DNA from: Lachnospiraceae bacterium
GTDB lineage: Bacteria > Bacillota > Clostridia > Lachnospirales > Lachnospiraceae
Assembly (NCBI GenBank): GCA_963588615.1
Contig: CAVAJA010000028.1
Location: forward strand, 1-56,069
Reading direction: 5' to 3'
Length of the DNA: 56,069 bases
Positions 29,301 through 38,174 of this stretch are shown here, in pieces. The translations under genes were made by a program, and so were the position numbers. Every line of letters starts with the position of its first letter. The first letter of the stretch is position 1. Below the pieces are notes generated by a model. The model made no database searches and was not told the origin of the DNA. It worked only from the letters and a program-made list of their open reading frames with translations.

Positions 29301-31402
29301 GTCTTCTGATGACACCGGAAGGCGGACAGGACATCTACGTTGCGCTGGTCTATGAGAAGAATCCGAACCCACCGAAGTGGGTGACGGTCGACTACGGAGA
29401 AGGGACGCTTACAGAAGCTGCAAAGGAGGACGCGGCACTGCTGAAGGCCGGCAGGAATAAGATTTTGTACGGAACAAAGCTGAAAAATGTCCTGCCGAAT
29501 GCTTCGCAGCTGATCGGAATTTACAGCACGCTGATGGGCTATTATGTTTCAAGTGAGGCGGAAAGCAATGATGTGAATACGGAATCTCTCGGAATCAGCG
29601 ATGTCCAATGGGAGGAGCTGGGATATGATGACATCGAGGATGGAGATGTCATTGTAGCAGTATTCGAACCCACGGGAGTGATTGCGCTTCATACGAACTA
29701 CCCGGGCTGGGGCGAGGTCTCCTTCGAACGGAACAAAGCCGTGAAAACCAATGAGAGCGGAGAACTCATCGCATCCCCCGGCACGGAAATCACATTTAAG
29801 GCAACGCCGGCGGACGGATATCGATTCACGCGGTGGGAGTTTTATGACAGGACAACAGGTGAATATACGAAGCTTGAGAATTCCGTGACAGAGCTTGCGT
29901 TCTACGATACCTACAAGCATACGATGCAGACCGGAAGATATAACCTTCTGGCGGTATTCGAGCCGGTCTATGAGCTTACCGTCATAGGAGGGATGATCAC
30001 AGAGTTGTATAAGCCGGGAGGATTTGCGGCAGGCGACAAGGTCACCATAAGCCTGAATGAAAACGAGATTCCGGAAGGGTACACCTTCAGCAAGTGGTAT
30101 GTGTGGCCGGAGGATACGGAGTACTCTGTAGATGCCGCAAATTCTGTCTATCTTACGATGCCGGAAGGTGATGTGATGGTAGTGGCAATCTATACCGACA
30201 ACAGACCTGTCATTGATATCAATGCGGGCGAGGGAGGCACGGTTACCCCGAGCGGTCGAGTGCAGGCTGCAGTCGGAACGGATTGTACCATCACGGTTAC
30301 GGCAAATGACGGGTATGTGATTGATACACTGACCGTTGGCAGCGCTTCCGGAACAAGCACCGTCATTACGAATGAAGCAGGGAAAACCAGCTGCACCTAT
30401 ACGTTTGAGAATGTGACGGAGAATCAGACATTCGAAGCTAAATTTACAAAAAAAGATGAAACTGGAACGACCTATCCGCTGTCCGTGGTGGGCGGCACCG
30501 GAAGAGGCTGCTACAAGGAGGGAGCCAAGGTTCACATTGATGCGATGCAGATGGGCGACAAGCAGTCCTTCAGCGGCTGGGAGGGCCTGGACGGCGTCAC
30601 GATCGTTTCCGGAAGTGAAACGGATTCTTCCATTGTCATCGAGATGCCGGCACACGAGCTGACGATTACGGCGCAGTACAAGACGGTGCATAAAATCCTC
30701 GCAACGGCCGGCACGGGCGGAAGCATTCGTCCGAAGGATCACGAGGCCAGTCCGACCGGCCTGGAAGAGGTTGTGGATGGTCAGGATCAGACATTTGAGA
30801 TCGAAGCCAAGGAGGGTTATGAGGTCGACGAGGTGTGGATCGGAATGGAGAAGTCGGAGGATGCGAGAAAGGAGGTCCTCGAGACGGGCTCCTATACCTT
30901 CCGGAACGTGACAAAGGACAACACGATCCATGTGAGCTTTAAGCAGCTGGAACATTATACGATTACCGCCACGGCGACCGGGCACGGGACGATTAAAGTG
31001 AAGACAGACAGCACAGTCACTGCGGAAGATGATGCGGAGCAGACAGACAGTGCGGTTCTGCTGTCAGCGGATACGGAGGATGCAGAAGGTGTCAGTGACA
31101 GCAAGGATTACAGCGTGACAAAGGGAGGCAGCATCACCTTCATTGCGACTCCGGATGACTGGTATCAGCTGAGCGAGCTGAAGGTGGACGACGCTGCGGT
31201 GTCCTTGGAAGGAGGCACATACACCTTTGAAAATGTAAAGGCGAACCACACAATCGAGGCCGTGTTCACAGAGGTTACCCCGGATCCGCCGATCGACTCG
31301 GGAGTCTTCACGGATTCGATTCCGTATTTCCTTCTGCTGGCAGTGTTCGGAGCAGGACTGGCAGTTTACATTGTCAGAAAGAGGAGAAAAAGGGACGAGT
31401 AA
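23387..31402 (+). CDS. Giant (~2670 aa) cell-wall-anchored surface protein with Ig-like and InlB-B/bacterial repeat domains
   Basis: Signal peptide ending VYA-A; acidic S/E/D-rich N-terminus; repeats such as ATPADGYRFTRW, GYVIDTLTV and YTFENV; C-terminal PPIDSG + TM helix + RKRRKR tail. Confidence 0.85.
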   Translation: MRRKIAYRVISAVLAAVTTFSSVTSSVYAASDVTISSEATAAQQTSQTESAQQSQVESAVEVLKEQASKDIAAADTASESEERQSAAAAEESGKAEETPSSESAADTGKTAAADTQDTSGGSGDSSAAESDGLITDITQNEDGTITATDKTGGKTTVDPETGDVSVELSDSTSELVYNEEDAARDMDGAEYVGTDEETGLALYKRVQSAEEYEAAAQEYQDELEQLEEWADTPSLSGNDLISAMQEASEWDAAVRDALYEPVYEDGSEGGIMTADLSDEEDEDAQSEEDAETDEETASNVVVGYVLKEEYEEEEPTLTENVSFGKVEGSADDANAVMTAGVDDETSSDDASGQSESSTDDSWAGTTVYFVSEGTLLIRVVDAQTKQGINGASVTVKTSTTEWTSVTKSLTDGAQTSTGMVELNGISGTQSAFINISCPNYRGVTRVSETVSGDGEVLTFELQPAQTGEVYLRGMTIDGLDVFDTNRQIYVSKRNDSSCEIVAFVEKVNCLPSELPAADQLELCSDGESVNSLAESVTCADSVVSTTGEATGNAGYRAYTYKGQWNGYYEADRFDARVWVPRLQIGKTVSVRWKESAGTVWSNEEAGDDGRTMASKLTVTEAADSTSSGVGVFRFLSGKDGASLGWKGQVGFGALDVSLSFPTNLFQDWPVKVTADVDGAYWISATIINRDQYKRTHNNDGGNAQAADNDNADGLIINRDDGNLAPAQQEHVKYLKEMYFDKQVKLMTNENNNRVGQYTYDGSWDWELEVLAGFKYDRAANEFKGIVGISFTISGSASYTQYLGVLPVYVGVQVIASGKVSLATSLVADLTNFKKTGDVLDSLSWGGVDLQALISVVISFYVGVGVRGLWSALEGTGSGGVYILFDLLPDQRARVYLGYDIRFTLNLFFLKAAYIVSSKIYKVADTKKECMGDKNDQTPSIDGGTVPFPVSLASEEDTDDSLTEDAPVAEENTGEVSLLVSGAGTDGAEEVTIASDGEQNVEQSSVTETEAKIDNNEKEQTVLENVAASNSIAYVSGLFVRIANVKDEEHFGGQTVPRVTVAKTSDKGIITNPTAIPATENTNGGEAYQGSYYGYDYAFDVYEGEKYYFLIISSSCVIPGSYTLTELAEANSLRLILLDKETLEVVRESVLPKSEYKETGADTGRRDYFFTSPLISADNLTEDKLTDTEKAQLKGKDGYLDQSGYYVASTLITNLSGVIAMASDDSSEEADPGYGLYVARGGNYEKDHPSAFQDYIKVGGIQPRQMAFANTDARNPQLVFTDQNDFYALNVLDLCTNTQYPYSLQCSNIVTKSMEGPVYSLQSVEGVLYAVVDGELCRINTSFNDVNTLTVATTKMGSTTETNSYVQVPEMDCMKLLKDKDTDTIFGVIAMNISGSPDENWNASTDSRILVYTISDASTEKPVISGPTSYDVEKRQMFQTVCAIETGESDTDWVLRVLYLADEQQKKISTYEKNDTTEADEYVPGTISSTCNLYMWELHGGRAAKLEGISVEDTVIKKSDKTFKMQLSVKNVGTERVKSVTFCVTDDKNSTGQLYTVEKVGTENGIGLGSTATIEADIDIQDNWKGTTTLYAKILKVNGEEMSEGFTPEWISVGELWENGDFEIEASETGIGRNPYAHVKIINHSNRSFKDVALLVEKQDNSGSWTTVAQYDFSSLNGAEATGADDEEKVEIVDIPLKTLWDSMEVAAARFTLVGQNDITLNNAYASSETLYHSNYGQYLWTNVRVSSSDDSMGTAAVKANDGTQEGDGSSVYVQLNTEVTLSAEACENYEFDHWEIQSVSGEWFRLEEGAEFTARAGEERVIGENADGTKEVLPEGTDYMLRACFRVASDKSRITVMSLEKTTVTDEDGTVTVSYAYNAEIPEERITLEDGTSAEEYLANGFLGENTAYLLNAGQKIKLSTPETKVTTTEYDWTDDWVFDGFYYFTYTGGVYSIADNAEAAGETEGEGNSRSLLMTPEGGQDIYVALVYEKNPNPPKWVTVDYGEGTLTEAAKEDAALLKAGRNKILYGTKLKNVLPNASQLIGIYSTLMGYYVSSEAESNDVNTESLGISDVQWEELGYDDIEDGDVIVAVFEPTGVIALHTNYPGWGEVSFERNKAVKTNESGELIASPGTEITFKATPADGYRFTRWEFYDRTTGEYTKLENSVTELAFYDTYKHTMQTGRYNLLAVFEPVYELTVIGGMITELYKPGGFAAGDKVTISLNENEIPEGYTFSKWYVWPEDTEYSVDAANSVYLTMPEGDVMVVAIYTDNRPVIDINAGEGGTVTPSGRVQAAVGTDCTITVTANDGYVIDTLTVGSASGTSTVITNEAGKTSCTYTFENVTENQTFEAKFTKKDETGTTYPLSVVGGTGRGCYKEGAKVHIDAMQMGDKQSFSGWEGLDGVTIVSGSETDSSIVIEMPAHELTITAQYKTVHKILATAGTGGSIRPKDHEASPTGLEEVVDGQDQTFEIEAKEGYEVDEVWIGMEKSEDARKEVLETGSYTFRNVTKDNTIHVSFKQLEHYTITATATGHGTIKVKTDSTVTAEDDAEQTDSAVLLSADTEDAEGVSDSKDYSVTKGGSITFIATPDDWYQLSELKVDDAAVSLEGGTYTFENVKANHTIEAVFTEVTPDPPIDSGVFTDSIPYFLLLAVFGAGLAVYIVRKRRKRDE

Positions 31403-31464
31403 GGCTTGGACAGCTCGAAAAGAGAACGGAACCGATATCGATAGGACAACCTGAAATACATTCG

Positions 31465-31500
31465 ATCCCCGCTGCGCAGGATGCGCGGCGGGGATATTTT
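31465..31500 (+). terminator. Rho-independent terminator after the giant gene
   Basis: ATCCCCGCTGCGCA...TGCGCGGCGGGGAT followed by ATTTT. Confidence 0.75.
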
Positions 31501-31747
31501 GTGTCTTCTTGCCTGAAAAAACATTTCATAAAATATTGGCGCAGAATGAAATATGAGCTAAGATGGAAACTATAGAGGCGTTTCCGGCGGAGTTTGCTGG
31601 TTTGCAGACGTAAAATTCCGGCCCTGCGGTGTGCAAAGTTCGCCGAATGAGAGACGTGGTCATATGGAGGATGGCTGGTGCTGAATATGATAAAATTGCA
31701 CATGATTTCATCATATAGTCGGCACAAAATTGGTGAAAAGAGGTAAA

Positions 31748-31936
31748 ATGATGAGAGATCACTGGGGGAAGAACGGATTGAGCGGGAATTCTGACAGGGG
31801 AGAGGATTCCTCATCGAACAAGGGAATGCTGATGGGTGTTCTGATCGGTGTGCTGCTGTATTCCTTTACCGGGATACCGGCCATGGTCGTATTGGGACTT
31901 TTGATCGGACTGTGCATTGGGAAAGCACGGAAATGA
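31748..31936 (+). CDS. Small two-TM membrane protein
   Basis: GAGG RBS; GMLMGVLIGVLLY...GLLIGLCIGKARK glycine-zipper-like hairpin. Confidence 0.55.
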   Translation: MMRDHWGKNGLSGNSDRGEDSSSNKGMLMGVLIGVLLYSFTGIPAMVVLGLLIGLCIGKARK

Positions 31937-31954
31937 CGAAGCGGGGGAAACAAA

Positions 31955-32803
31955 ATGATTGAGGGAAGCTGCAAGGAGAAGATACGCGGCCGAATACCGC
32001 GCCTGACCAGTACGGAAGCGAAGATCGCGAATTATATTGTGGAGCATTTTGATGATGTTCTCTCGCTGAACGTTGCGGAATTGGCCAAGGAAGTGGGAGT
32101 TTCGGATGCTTCTGTAGTCAGATTCTCAAGGAGTGTCGGATTCAAGGGATTTCAGGATCTGAAAATGAATATGGCAAGAGACATCCTGCCTCACGAGAAA
32201 GAGGTCAATCCGATTCTGGTGAAAGGCGATGACACGGAGGCGATCTGCCGGAAAATCTTTGCTTCTGAGGAGAATGTGCTGCATCGAACACTTATGGAGC
32301 TGGATCTGGAAGTGGTGGAGCGTGCGGCTGCGAAGATCGGGAAGGCCAGAAAGGTCGTGATGTTCGGGACGGGAGGCAGTCAGAAGGTGGTTCAGGACGC
32401 GCAGCATAAGTTCCTGAAGGTGGGGTATGCAGTGACTGCGCATGAAGACATTGACCTGCAGCTCATGGAGTCTGCACTCATGACCAAGGAGGATGTGGCG
32501 GTCTGTATCTCGTTTTCGGGGAACAATTCTCATGTCCTTGAGTGCATGAAGACCGCACACAGCAAAGGAGCATATTGCCTGGGGATCATCAGTCTTGGGA
32601 AATCTGCGGTTTCCAAGCAGGTGGATGATGTGCTGTATGCCTCATATGATGAAACAATATTTCAGTCGGAATCCGTGAGTACGAGGATCGCCCAGCTGGC
32701 AATCATTGACTGCCTGGTGAGCTGTGTCGCAATGACGAATTATGAATATGCGCGCAGATCCATCAACCATACGCGGGAGGCGACCATTACCAGTAAATAC
32801 TGA
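31955..32803 (+). CDS. MurR/RpiR family transcriptional regulator
   Basis: LTSTEAKIANY, ELAKEVGVSDASVVRF..GFKGFQDLK HTH; SIS domain with GTGGS, ISFSG and SRIAQL-like motif. Confidence 0.93.
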   Translation: MIEGSCKEKIRGRIPRLTSTEAKIANYIVEHFDDVLSLNVAELAKEVGVSDASVVRFSRSVGFKGFQDLKMNMARDILPHEKEVNPILVKGDDTEAICRKIFASEENVLHRTLMELDLEVVERAAAKIGKARKVVMFGTGGSQKVVQDAQHKFLKVGYAVTAHEDIDLQLMESALMTKEDVAVCISFSGNNSHVLECMKTAHSKGAYCLGIISLGKSAVSKQVDDVLYASYDETIFQSESVSTRIAQLAIIDCLVSCVAMTNYEYARRSINHTREATITSKY

Positions 32804-32927
32804 GAGAATCCGCGCGGGGGATCTCCGGGCGCACAAATCAAAGACGCTGTGCAAGATGGCGCTGACAGGTTTGGAAGCCTGAAAATTATATAACTGCAGG
32901 TTCCTTGAAACAATCGGAGGGAGCGGT

Positions 32928-32972
32928 AAAGAGCCGTGATTGTGCACTTGCTGCACAGTCACGGCTCTTTTT
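32928..32972 (+). terminator. Terminator after the RpiR regulator gene
   Basis: AAAGAGCCGTGATTGTGCA...TGCACAGTCACGGCTCTTTTT. Confidence 0.85.
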
Positions 32973-33182
32973 GCGCGGACTGCAGAGCTAAAAATGCAGA
33001 TTCCCGGGAAGGGATGTGAAACCCATTCGGACAGGGGAGCGGCAAATCGGATGAAATGCAGAGGAACGGACGAAAGCAGCAGGTTTTTACTGATTTTCGC
33101 GGATTGTGGAGGGATATTTGTGAGAAGCGCACAAAAAAGAGAGAACAAAATGAAACAAAACGACAAAATAAAAAGAAGGGTA

Positions 33183-33241
33183 TTGAAATAAAATTACAGA
33201 TGAGCTACAACTATTTCAGCAAACAAAGAAATGAAATTTCA
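33183..33241 (+). promoter_or_regulatory. Candidate promoter with two RpiR-type operator palindromes
   Basis: TGAAATAAAATTACA (overlaps TTGAAA) and GAAATGAAATTTC just upstream of the AAGGAGG RBS. Confidence 0.45.
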
Positions 33242-33261
33242 AGCCAAGGAGGAATGGTGTG

Positions 33262-34314
33262 ATGAAGGCAGTCATTTTACATGGGCCGGACAATTACCCG
33301 AATAACTATGAGGTTACCGAAATCGAAAAGCCTTCCTGCGGAGAGGACGAGATCGTTGTCCACATGAGAGCGGCTGCTCTGTGCGGAACAGATAAGCGAA
33401 TCTTCACAGGGGCCAAAACAAAGGGGGTCCGTCCGGATTCCGTTGTGGGACATGAGATTTGCGGTGACATCGCTGAGGTTGGTGCAAAGGTAGAAGGATA
33501 CCGTGTTGGCGAGAAGGTTGCAATTGCAAACGTGATTCCCTGCGGACACTGCCCTGCATGCCTCTCGGGAAGAGAGAATGCCTGCACCAATCGCAAGGCA
33601 ATCGGCTATGAGTTCAACGGTGGCTTTGAGGAGTATATCGAGGTACCGAAAATCTGCATCGAGGCAGGAAACGTTGTCAAGCTGCCGGAGGATGTCAGCT
33701 ATGAGGCCGGCGCTTTGATCGAGCCACTGGCATGCTGCATCCGCGGTCTCCGGAATACAGGCACCGGATTCAATGATACTGTGCTGATCATCGGCGCAGG
33801 CCCCATTGGTCTGATGCATCTGGAGCTCTCCAAGATTGCCGGTGCCAAGAAGGTTATCGTCAGCGAGCTGGATGCAGACAAGCGTGAAATTGCAAAGAAT
33901 CTCGGTGCAGATCGCGTGGTTGACTCTGCAGCAGAGGATCTGGCCGCAGTGATTGCAGAAGAGACCGACGGTTTCGGCGTAGATCGAATTGTTATGGCAA
34001 TCGGTGTAACCGGTCTTGTGAACGACACGCTGAAGCTTGCAAAGAAGGGCGGCACGGTTTGCCTGTTTGCAGGATTCCCGAAGGGAAAGACGGCCGACAT
34101 CGATCCGTCCATCATTCACTACAACGAGCTGAATGTGACCGGATCTACCGCATACAAGAGAATTGACTATCTGCAGGCAGCCGACATGGTAAAGACCAAG
34201 AAGATCGATCTGGATGCCATTGTATCCGCCAGATATTCACTGGATGATTTCCGGGAGGCACTGGATCTGCATATGTCCGGCAAGGCACTGAAGGTTCTGG
34301 TAGTCAACGAATAA
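33262..34314 (+). CDS. Zn-dependent polyol / sugar-acid dehydrogenase (MDR family)
   Basis: CGTD, GHE, CGHCPAC...C, EPLAC, GAGPIG. Confidence 0.9.
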   Translation: MKAVILHGPDNYPNNYEVTEIEKPSCGEDEIVVHMRAAALCGTDKRIFTGAKTKGVRPDSVVGHEICGDIAEVGAKVEGYRVGEKVAIANVIPCGHCPACLSGRENACTNRKAIGYEFNGGFEEYIEVPKICIEAGNVVKLPEDVSYEAGALIEPLACCIRGLRNTGTGFNDTVLIIGAGPIGLMHLELSKIAGAKKVIVSELDADKREIAKNLGADRVVDSAAEDLAAVIAEETDGFGVDRIVMAIGVTGLVNDTLKLAKKGGTVCLFAGFPKGKTADIDPSIIHYNELNVTGSTAYKRIDYLQAADMVKTKKIDLDAIVSARYSLDDFREALDLHMSGKALKVLVVNE

Positions 34315-34386
34315 GAACGGAACAGATGGGAAGCGATGATGCCGGGAAAACGGCTCACAATACACACAAAATAAGGAGAATGAAAG

Positions 34387-35298
34387 ATGGGCGTAGTAAC
34401 TGAATCTGCAGCACCGATGTATGCAATGGGAAAAGCGGTAAGACTTTCCCGCATGGTAAATTCGGAGAGCAACAAGATGATGGCAATCACGGTTGACCAT
34501 GCAACCTCCAGAGGAATTGCTCCGATGACCGGAATCCATGATATTCAGGGAGCAATCGACAAGATCGTTCTGGGGCATCCGGATGCAATGACCATGACCT
34601 GGGGAATTCAGAAGAGATGCTGGGGACCTCACGTAGGATCCGGAATCTCCATCCTGCACAAGATTTCCAACTATGCACCGACCTCTCCCACCAACGATAT
34701 GATATTCGGCTCTGTAGATGCTGCCATTCGTTCCGGTGCAGATGCGGTATCTCTTGGCTGCATGACTCTGGGTGATTTCCAGAACGAGCAGTTCGAGAGA
34801 ATCGGTGAGATTTCCGAGTACTGCGATGAAGTCGGCATGCCTCTGATCGGCCATATCTATCCGAAGGGCGAGAGCGTTCCTGCAGACAAGAGAACTGCAT
34901 GGGAGAACATCGCATACTGCGCAAGAAGTGCAGCAGAGCTTGGTCTGGACGTTGTTAAGACGACCTACACCGGTGATCCCGAGTCCATGGCAAAGGTCAT
35001 TGCCTGCGTTCCTTCTACCTTCCGCGTTGTCATTCAGGGCGGAGATACCCCGAAGGGGCTTGAGGGCGATGCACTTCTGGACTACTACTTCCAGATGACA
35101 AGAGATGCTCTGGATGCCGGCTGCGGCGGCGTTACGATGGGCAGATGGGTATGGGATTACAAGGACGTTACTGCTCTTGTCATTGCACTCAGAAGACTGA
35201 TTCACAAGGGATATTCCGCAAAGGAGACAAGACAGCTGCTTGAGACCGTTGAGCAGGATAAGAATTATGCAGATTACCTGGATCTGAACAAGGGTTGA
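34387..35298 (+). CDS. DhnA/FbaB/LsrF-type class I aldolase
   Basis: ITVDH, GADAVS, GMPL, RSAAELGLDVVKTTYTGD (Schiff-base Lys), GG, GVTMGR. Confidence 0.88.
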   Translation: MGVVTESAAPMYAMGKAVRLSRMVNSESNKMMAITVDHATSRGIAPMTGIHDIQGAIDKIVLGHPDAMTMTWGIQKRCWGPHVGSGISILHKISNYAPTSPTNDMIFGSVDAAIRSGADAVSLGCMTLGDFQNEQFERIGEISEYCDEVGMPLIGHIYPKGESVPADKRTAWENIAYCARSAAELGLDVVKTTYTGDPESMAKVIACVPSTFRVVIQGGDTPKGLEGDALLDYYFQMTRDALDAGCGGVTMGRWVWDYKDVTALVIALRRLIHKGYSAKETRQLLETVEQDKNYADYLDLNKG

Positions 35299-35317
35299 GC
35301 GGCAGAGGAGTTAAGTG

Positions 35318-36847
35318 ATGGCCAGATATTTGTTAGGCGTGGATGTCGGAACCACCAGTCTGAAGGTGGCAATCATCGACGAAAATGCACGACTTCTAGG
35401 GATTTCCAGCAGTAAATATCGCCTGATCACTCCGGATCAAAGTTCAGTTCAGATTGACGCTGAGAGCATGTGGGATGCCTTTGTGACCTGTGTTCGGTTA
35501 TTGAAAGAGGGCAAGGACATCGATCTGTCAGCAGTTGCCGGCATCAGCATCTCTTCTCTGTGCCCGGGCCTGATCGCCCTGGGTGCAGACGGAGAGGTTT
35601 TGGTGGATCCGATCATTTATTCGGATCGCAGAAGTACGGAAGAGGCAGACTTGATTCTCGCCTCTGTAGGAAGAGAAAAGCTGTTCGAGATTACGGCCAA
35701 CAGTTCCATGGCCGGGGCCTTTTCCGGCTCCTCAATGCTGTGGATCAAACGCCACCTCCCCGATGAATATGCTAAAACAAAGTATTTTGGCCACTTGAAC
35801 ACTTTTCTTGCCTTCCGTATGACAGGAGAGATTGGAATCGACTGTTCCAATGCATCTTATACAAATCTGTTTGAGACGACAGGCGGGAAGAAGTGGTCGG
35901 AGTACCTTTGCGAAAAGATCGGAATCGAGCGGGAAAAGCTGCCGGAGATTCATGAATCAACGGATGTTATCGGCGGACTGATCAACAAAGAGCTGATTCA
36001 GATGGGAATTCCGGAGGGAACACCGGTTGCGATCGGCGGAGCAGATACGCCGTGTGCCACCCTGGCGGCAGGCGTTACGAGAGCAGGCGATGTGTGTGAA
36101 TCGGTAGGAACAACCGACGTGCTGACCGTGTGCATCGATAAGCCGGTCTTCGACAGAGGGTTCATCAACCGATGCCACGTGGTGCCGGGGACATGGATCT
36201 ATCAGGGGGCGATGTCCTTTACCGGTGCGGCGAATGAATGGTTTCTGAATCAGTTCTACGGTGATCTGATCGAGAAGGCCGAGGATATGGGAGATGCGTT
36301 CAGCAGGATGAATGCAGATGCCGCATTGGCAGAGCCGGGCTGCGGAGGGGTTGTTTTCCTTCCGTATATGCTGGGAGAGCGGAGTCCGATCTGGGATTCC
36401 TATGCAAGAGGGGTATTCTTCGGGATATCCTTGAAAACCACAAGAAAAGAAATGAACCGGGCGGTTCTGGAAGGATGCGGCTATGGCCTGCGGCAGCTTT
36501 CAGAGATTGCCGAGAGAATAACAGGAAATACCATTTCAGGCTTTACATCGATTGGCGGAGGGGCCAAGAGTGAGGTCTGGGCTCAGATCAAGGCGGACAT
36601 CACAGGGAAGACGCTTAAGATTCTGGATATGCGCGATATGGCACCGGTGGGTGCTGCCATGTTGGCGGGCGTAGGAGCCGGCGTTTTCAAAGATGTGTAT
36701 GAAGCATCCGAGAAAGTGGAGAAAACGGTATATCGGATTGTCGAGCCGAGGCATGACAACGATGAGATCTATGCCAGAAGATTTGAGGTTTACACGAGCT
36801 TATATCCTGCGCTGAAGGACATCTTCAGGAAGAATATCACAGGATAA
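35318..36847 (+). CDS. FGGY family carbohydrate kinase (xylulokinase-like)
   Basis: LGVDVGTTSLK, SDRRS, GGAD, FLPYMLGERSP, RAVLEG, GGGAKS..WAQIKAD. Confidence 0.92.
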   Translation: MARYLLGVDVGTTSLKVAIIDENARLLGISSSKYRLITPDQSSVQIDAESMWDAFVTCVRLLKEGKDIDLSAVAGISISSLCPGLIALGADGEVLVDPIIYSDRRSTEEADLILASVGREKLFEITANSSMAGAFSGSSMLWIKRHLPDEYAKTKYFGHLNTFLAFRMTGEIGIDCSNASYTNLFETTGGKKWSEYLCEKIGIEREKLPEIHESTDVIGGLINKELIQMGIPEGTPVAIGGADTPCATLAAGVTRAGDVCESVGTTDVLTVCIDKPVFDRGFINRCHVVPGTWIYQGAMSFTGAANEWFLNQFYGDLIEKAEDMGDAFSRMNADAALAEPGCGGVVFLPYMLGERSPIWDSYARGVFFGISLKTTRKEMNRAVLEGCGYGLRQLSEIAERITGNTISGFTSIGGGAKSEVWAQIKADITGKTLKILDMRDMAPVGAAMLAGVGAGVFKDVYEASEKVEKTVYRIVEPRHDNDEIYARRFEVYTSLYPALKDIFRKNITG

Positions 36848-36875
36848 AATAGGGCACAAAGGAAAAGGAGAGATC

Positions 36876-38042
36876 ATGAAAAAGAAAATTATGGCTGTGG
36901 TATTGGCGGCAGCAATGGCAGCGATGTCGCTGGCAGGCTGCGGATCTTCTGCAAGCTCTTCCACACAGACGAGCAGCACCGAAGCATCCGAGGAGACCGA
37001 GGAGACTGCAGATGCAGCAGAGGAGACTGAGGAGACAGCGGATGCTGAGACTGAAGATGCTGCAGCAGAGGGCACGATCACCTATACGGAGAAGCCTGAA
37101 ATTGCAAGCGGGGCAACCAAGATTACGATTGCTGTTCCGGATCCGGACGGATCGTACATTGCAACGGCTGCTACGGAATTTGCCAATCGTGCAATGACCT
37201 ATGCAAATGGAACACTGGATATCACCGTTTCCGGAAACGGATCCTTGTACGGCGGCGATACCGCAGCAGGTATTAAGATGCTGTCTGCAGGATCTCTGCA
37301 GATGCTGATTCTGGCTTCGAGCGTGTACGCAAGCTTCATCCCCGGAATGAACGTTATTTCTGTTCCCTACATGTTCGATGATCAGGCTCAGCTCCTGGAT
37401 TACCTGAACAGCGAGACCGGTACAGAGCTGTTCAGCCGTGTGGAGGACATGGGCATCACAGCAGCAGGTGCATGGACGAGATCCTTCCGCGAAGTGACGA
37501 ACTCCAAGAGACCGATCACCTGCCCGGACGATCTGAAGGGACTGGTTCTGCGCGTACCGAACAACTCTCTGTATGTTGAGTTCTTCAGCGCATGCGGTGC
37601 GGTTACGACCCCTATGAACTTCTCTGAGGTTTACAATTCCCTTCAGCTGAACACACTGGACGGCCAGGAGAACCCGGTCGATGTTCCTTATTCCAACAAG
37701 TTCTATGAGGTTCAGAAGTACATCTCCTACACCAATCACATGGCAGATGCATGGGTAGTCGGCATCAATTCCGATTTCATGAGCAGTCTGACACAGGAGC
37801 AGCAGGATGCCATCACAAAGGCAGCACAGGAAGTGCAGAGCTGGAACGTTGATTACATGGAAGAGCAGGATCAGGTCGCTTTGAAGACACTTACCGACAA
37901 CGGAATGGAAGTAAACGAGCTGTCCGACGAAGCAATTCAGCAGTTCATCGAGATTTCTCAGTCCTGCTATGACAAGTTCAAGGAACTCATCGAGGACGAT
38001 GATCTGTTCAACGCTACTACTGAATTCACAGGCAGAAGCTGA
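36876..38042 (+). CDS. dctP: TRAP transporter substrate-binding lipoprotein
   Basis: LAGC lipobox, E/T/A-rich repeated linker, DLKGLVLRV (carboxylate-binding Arg), FSEVYNSLQ..LDGQENP. Confidence 0.92.
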   Translation: MKKKIMAVVLAAAMAAMSLAGCGSSASSSTQTSSTEASEETEETADAAEETEETADAETEDAAAEGTITYTEKPEIASGATKITIAVPDPDGSYIATAATEFANRAMTYANGTLDITVSGNGSLYGGDTAAGIKMLSAGSLQMLILASSVYASFIPGMNVISVPYMFDDQAQLLDYLNSETGTELFSRVEDMGITAAGAWTRSFREVTNSKRPITCPDDLKGLVLRVPNNSLYVEFFSACGAVTTPMNFSEVYNSLQLNTLDGQENPVDVPYSNKFYEVQKYISYTNHMADAWVVGINSDFMSSLTQEQQDAITKAAQEVQSWNVDYMEEQDQVALKTLTDNGMEVNELSDEAIQQFIEISQSCYDKFKELIEDDDLFNATTEFTGRS

Positions 38043-38174
38043 CAGACGGTTCGCGGCATCTGAAGTTCTGATACAACATGTATGACAGCCTGTGCGCCCC
38101 GAATGACGATGGGCGGGGCGCATGGGATTGCCTATAAAGGGCAGGGTCATGCAGTGGATGGAGGGTTAGTTAAA

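Noticed and set aside
25832..30985. 682-aa and 478-aa minus-strand ORFs
   Set aside because: Antisense to the giant surface protein; composition typical of non-coding frames
36980..37070. Direct repeats in dctP
   Set aside because: Ordinary EETEETADA lipoprotein tether
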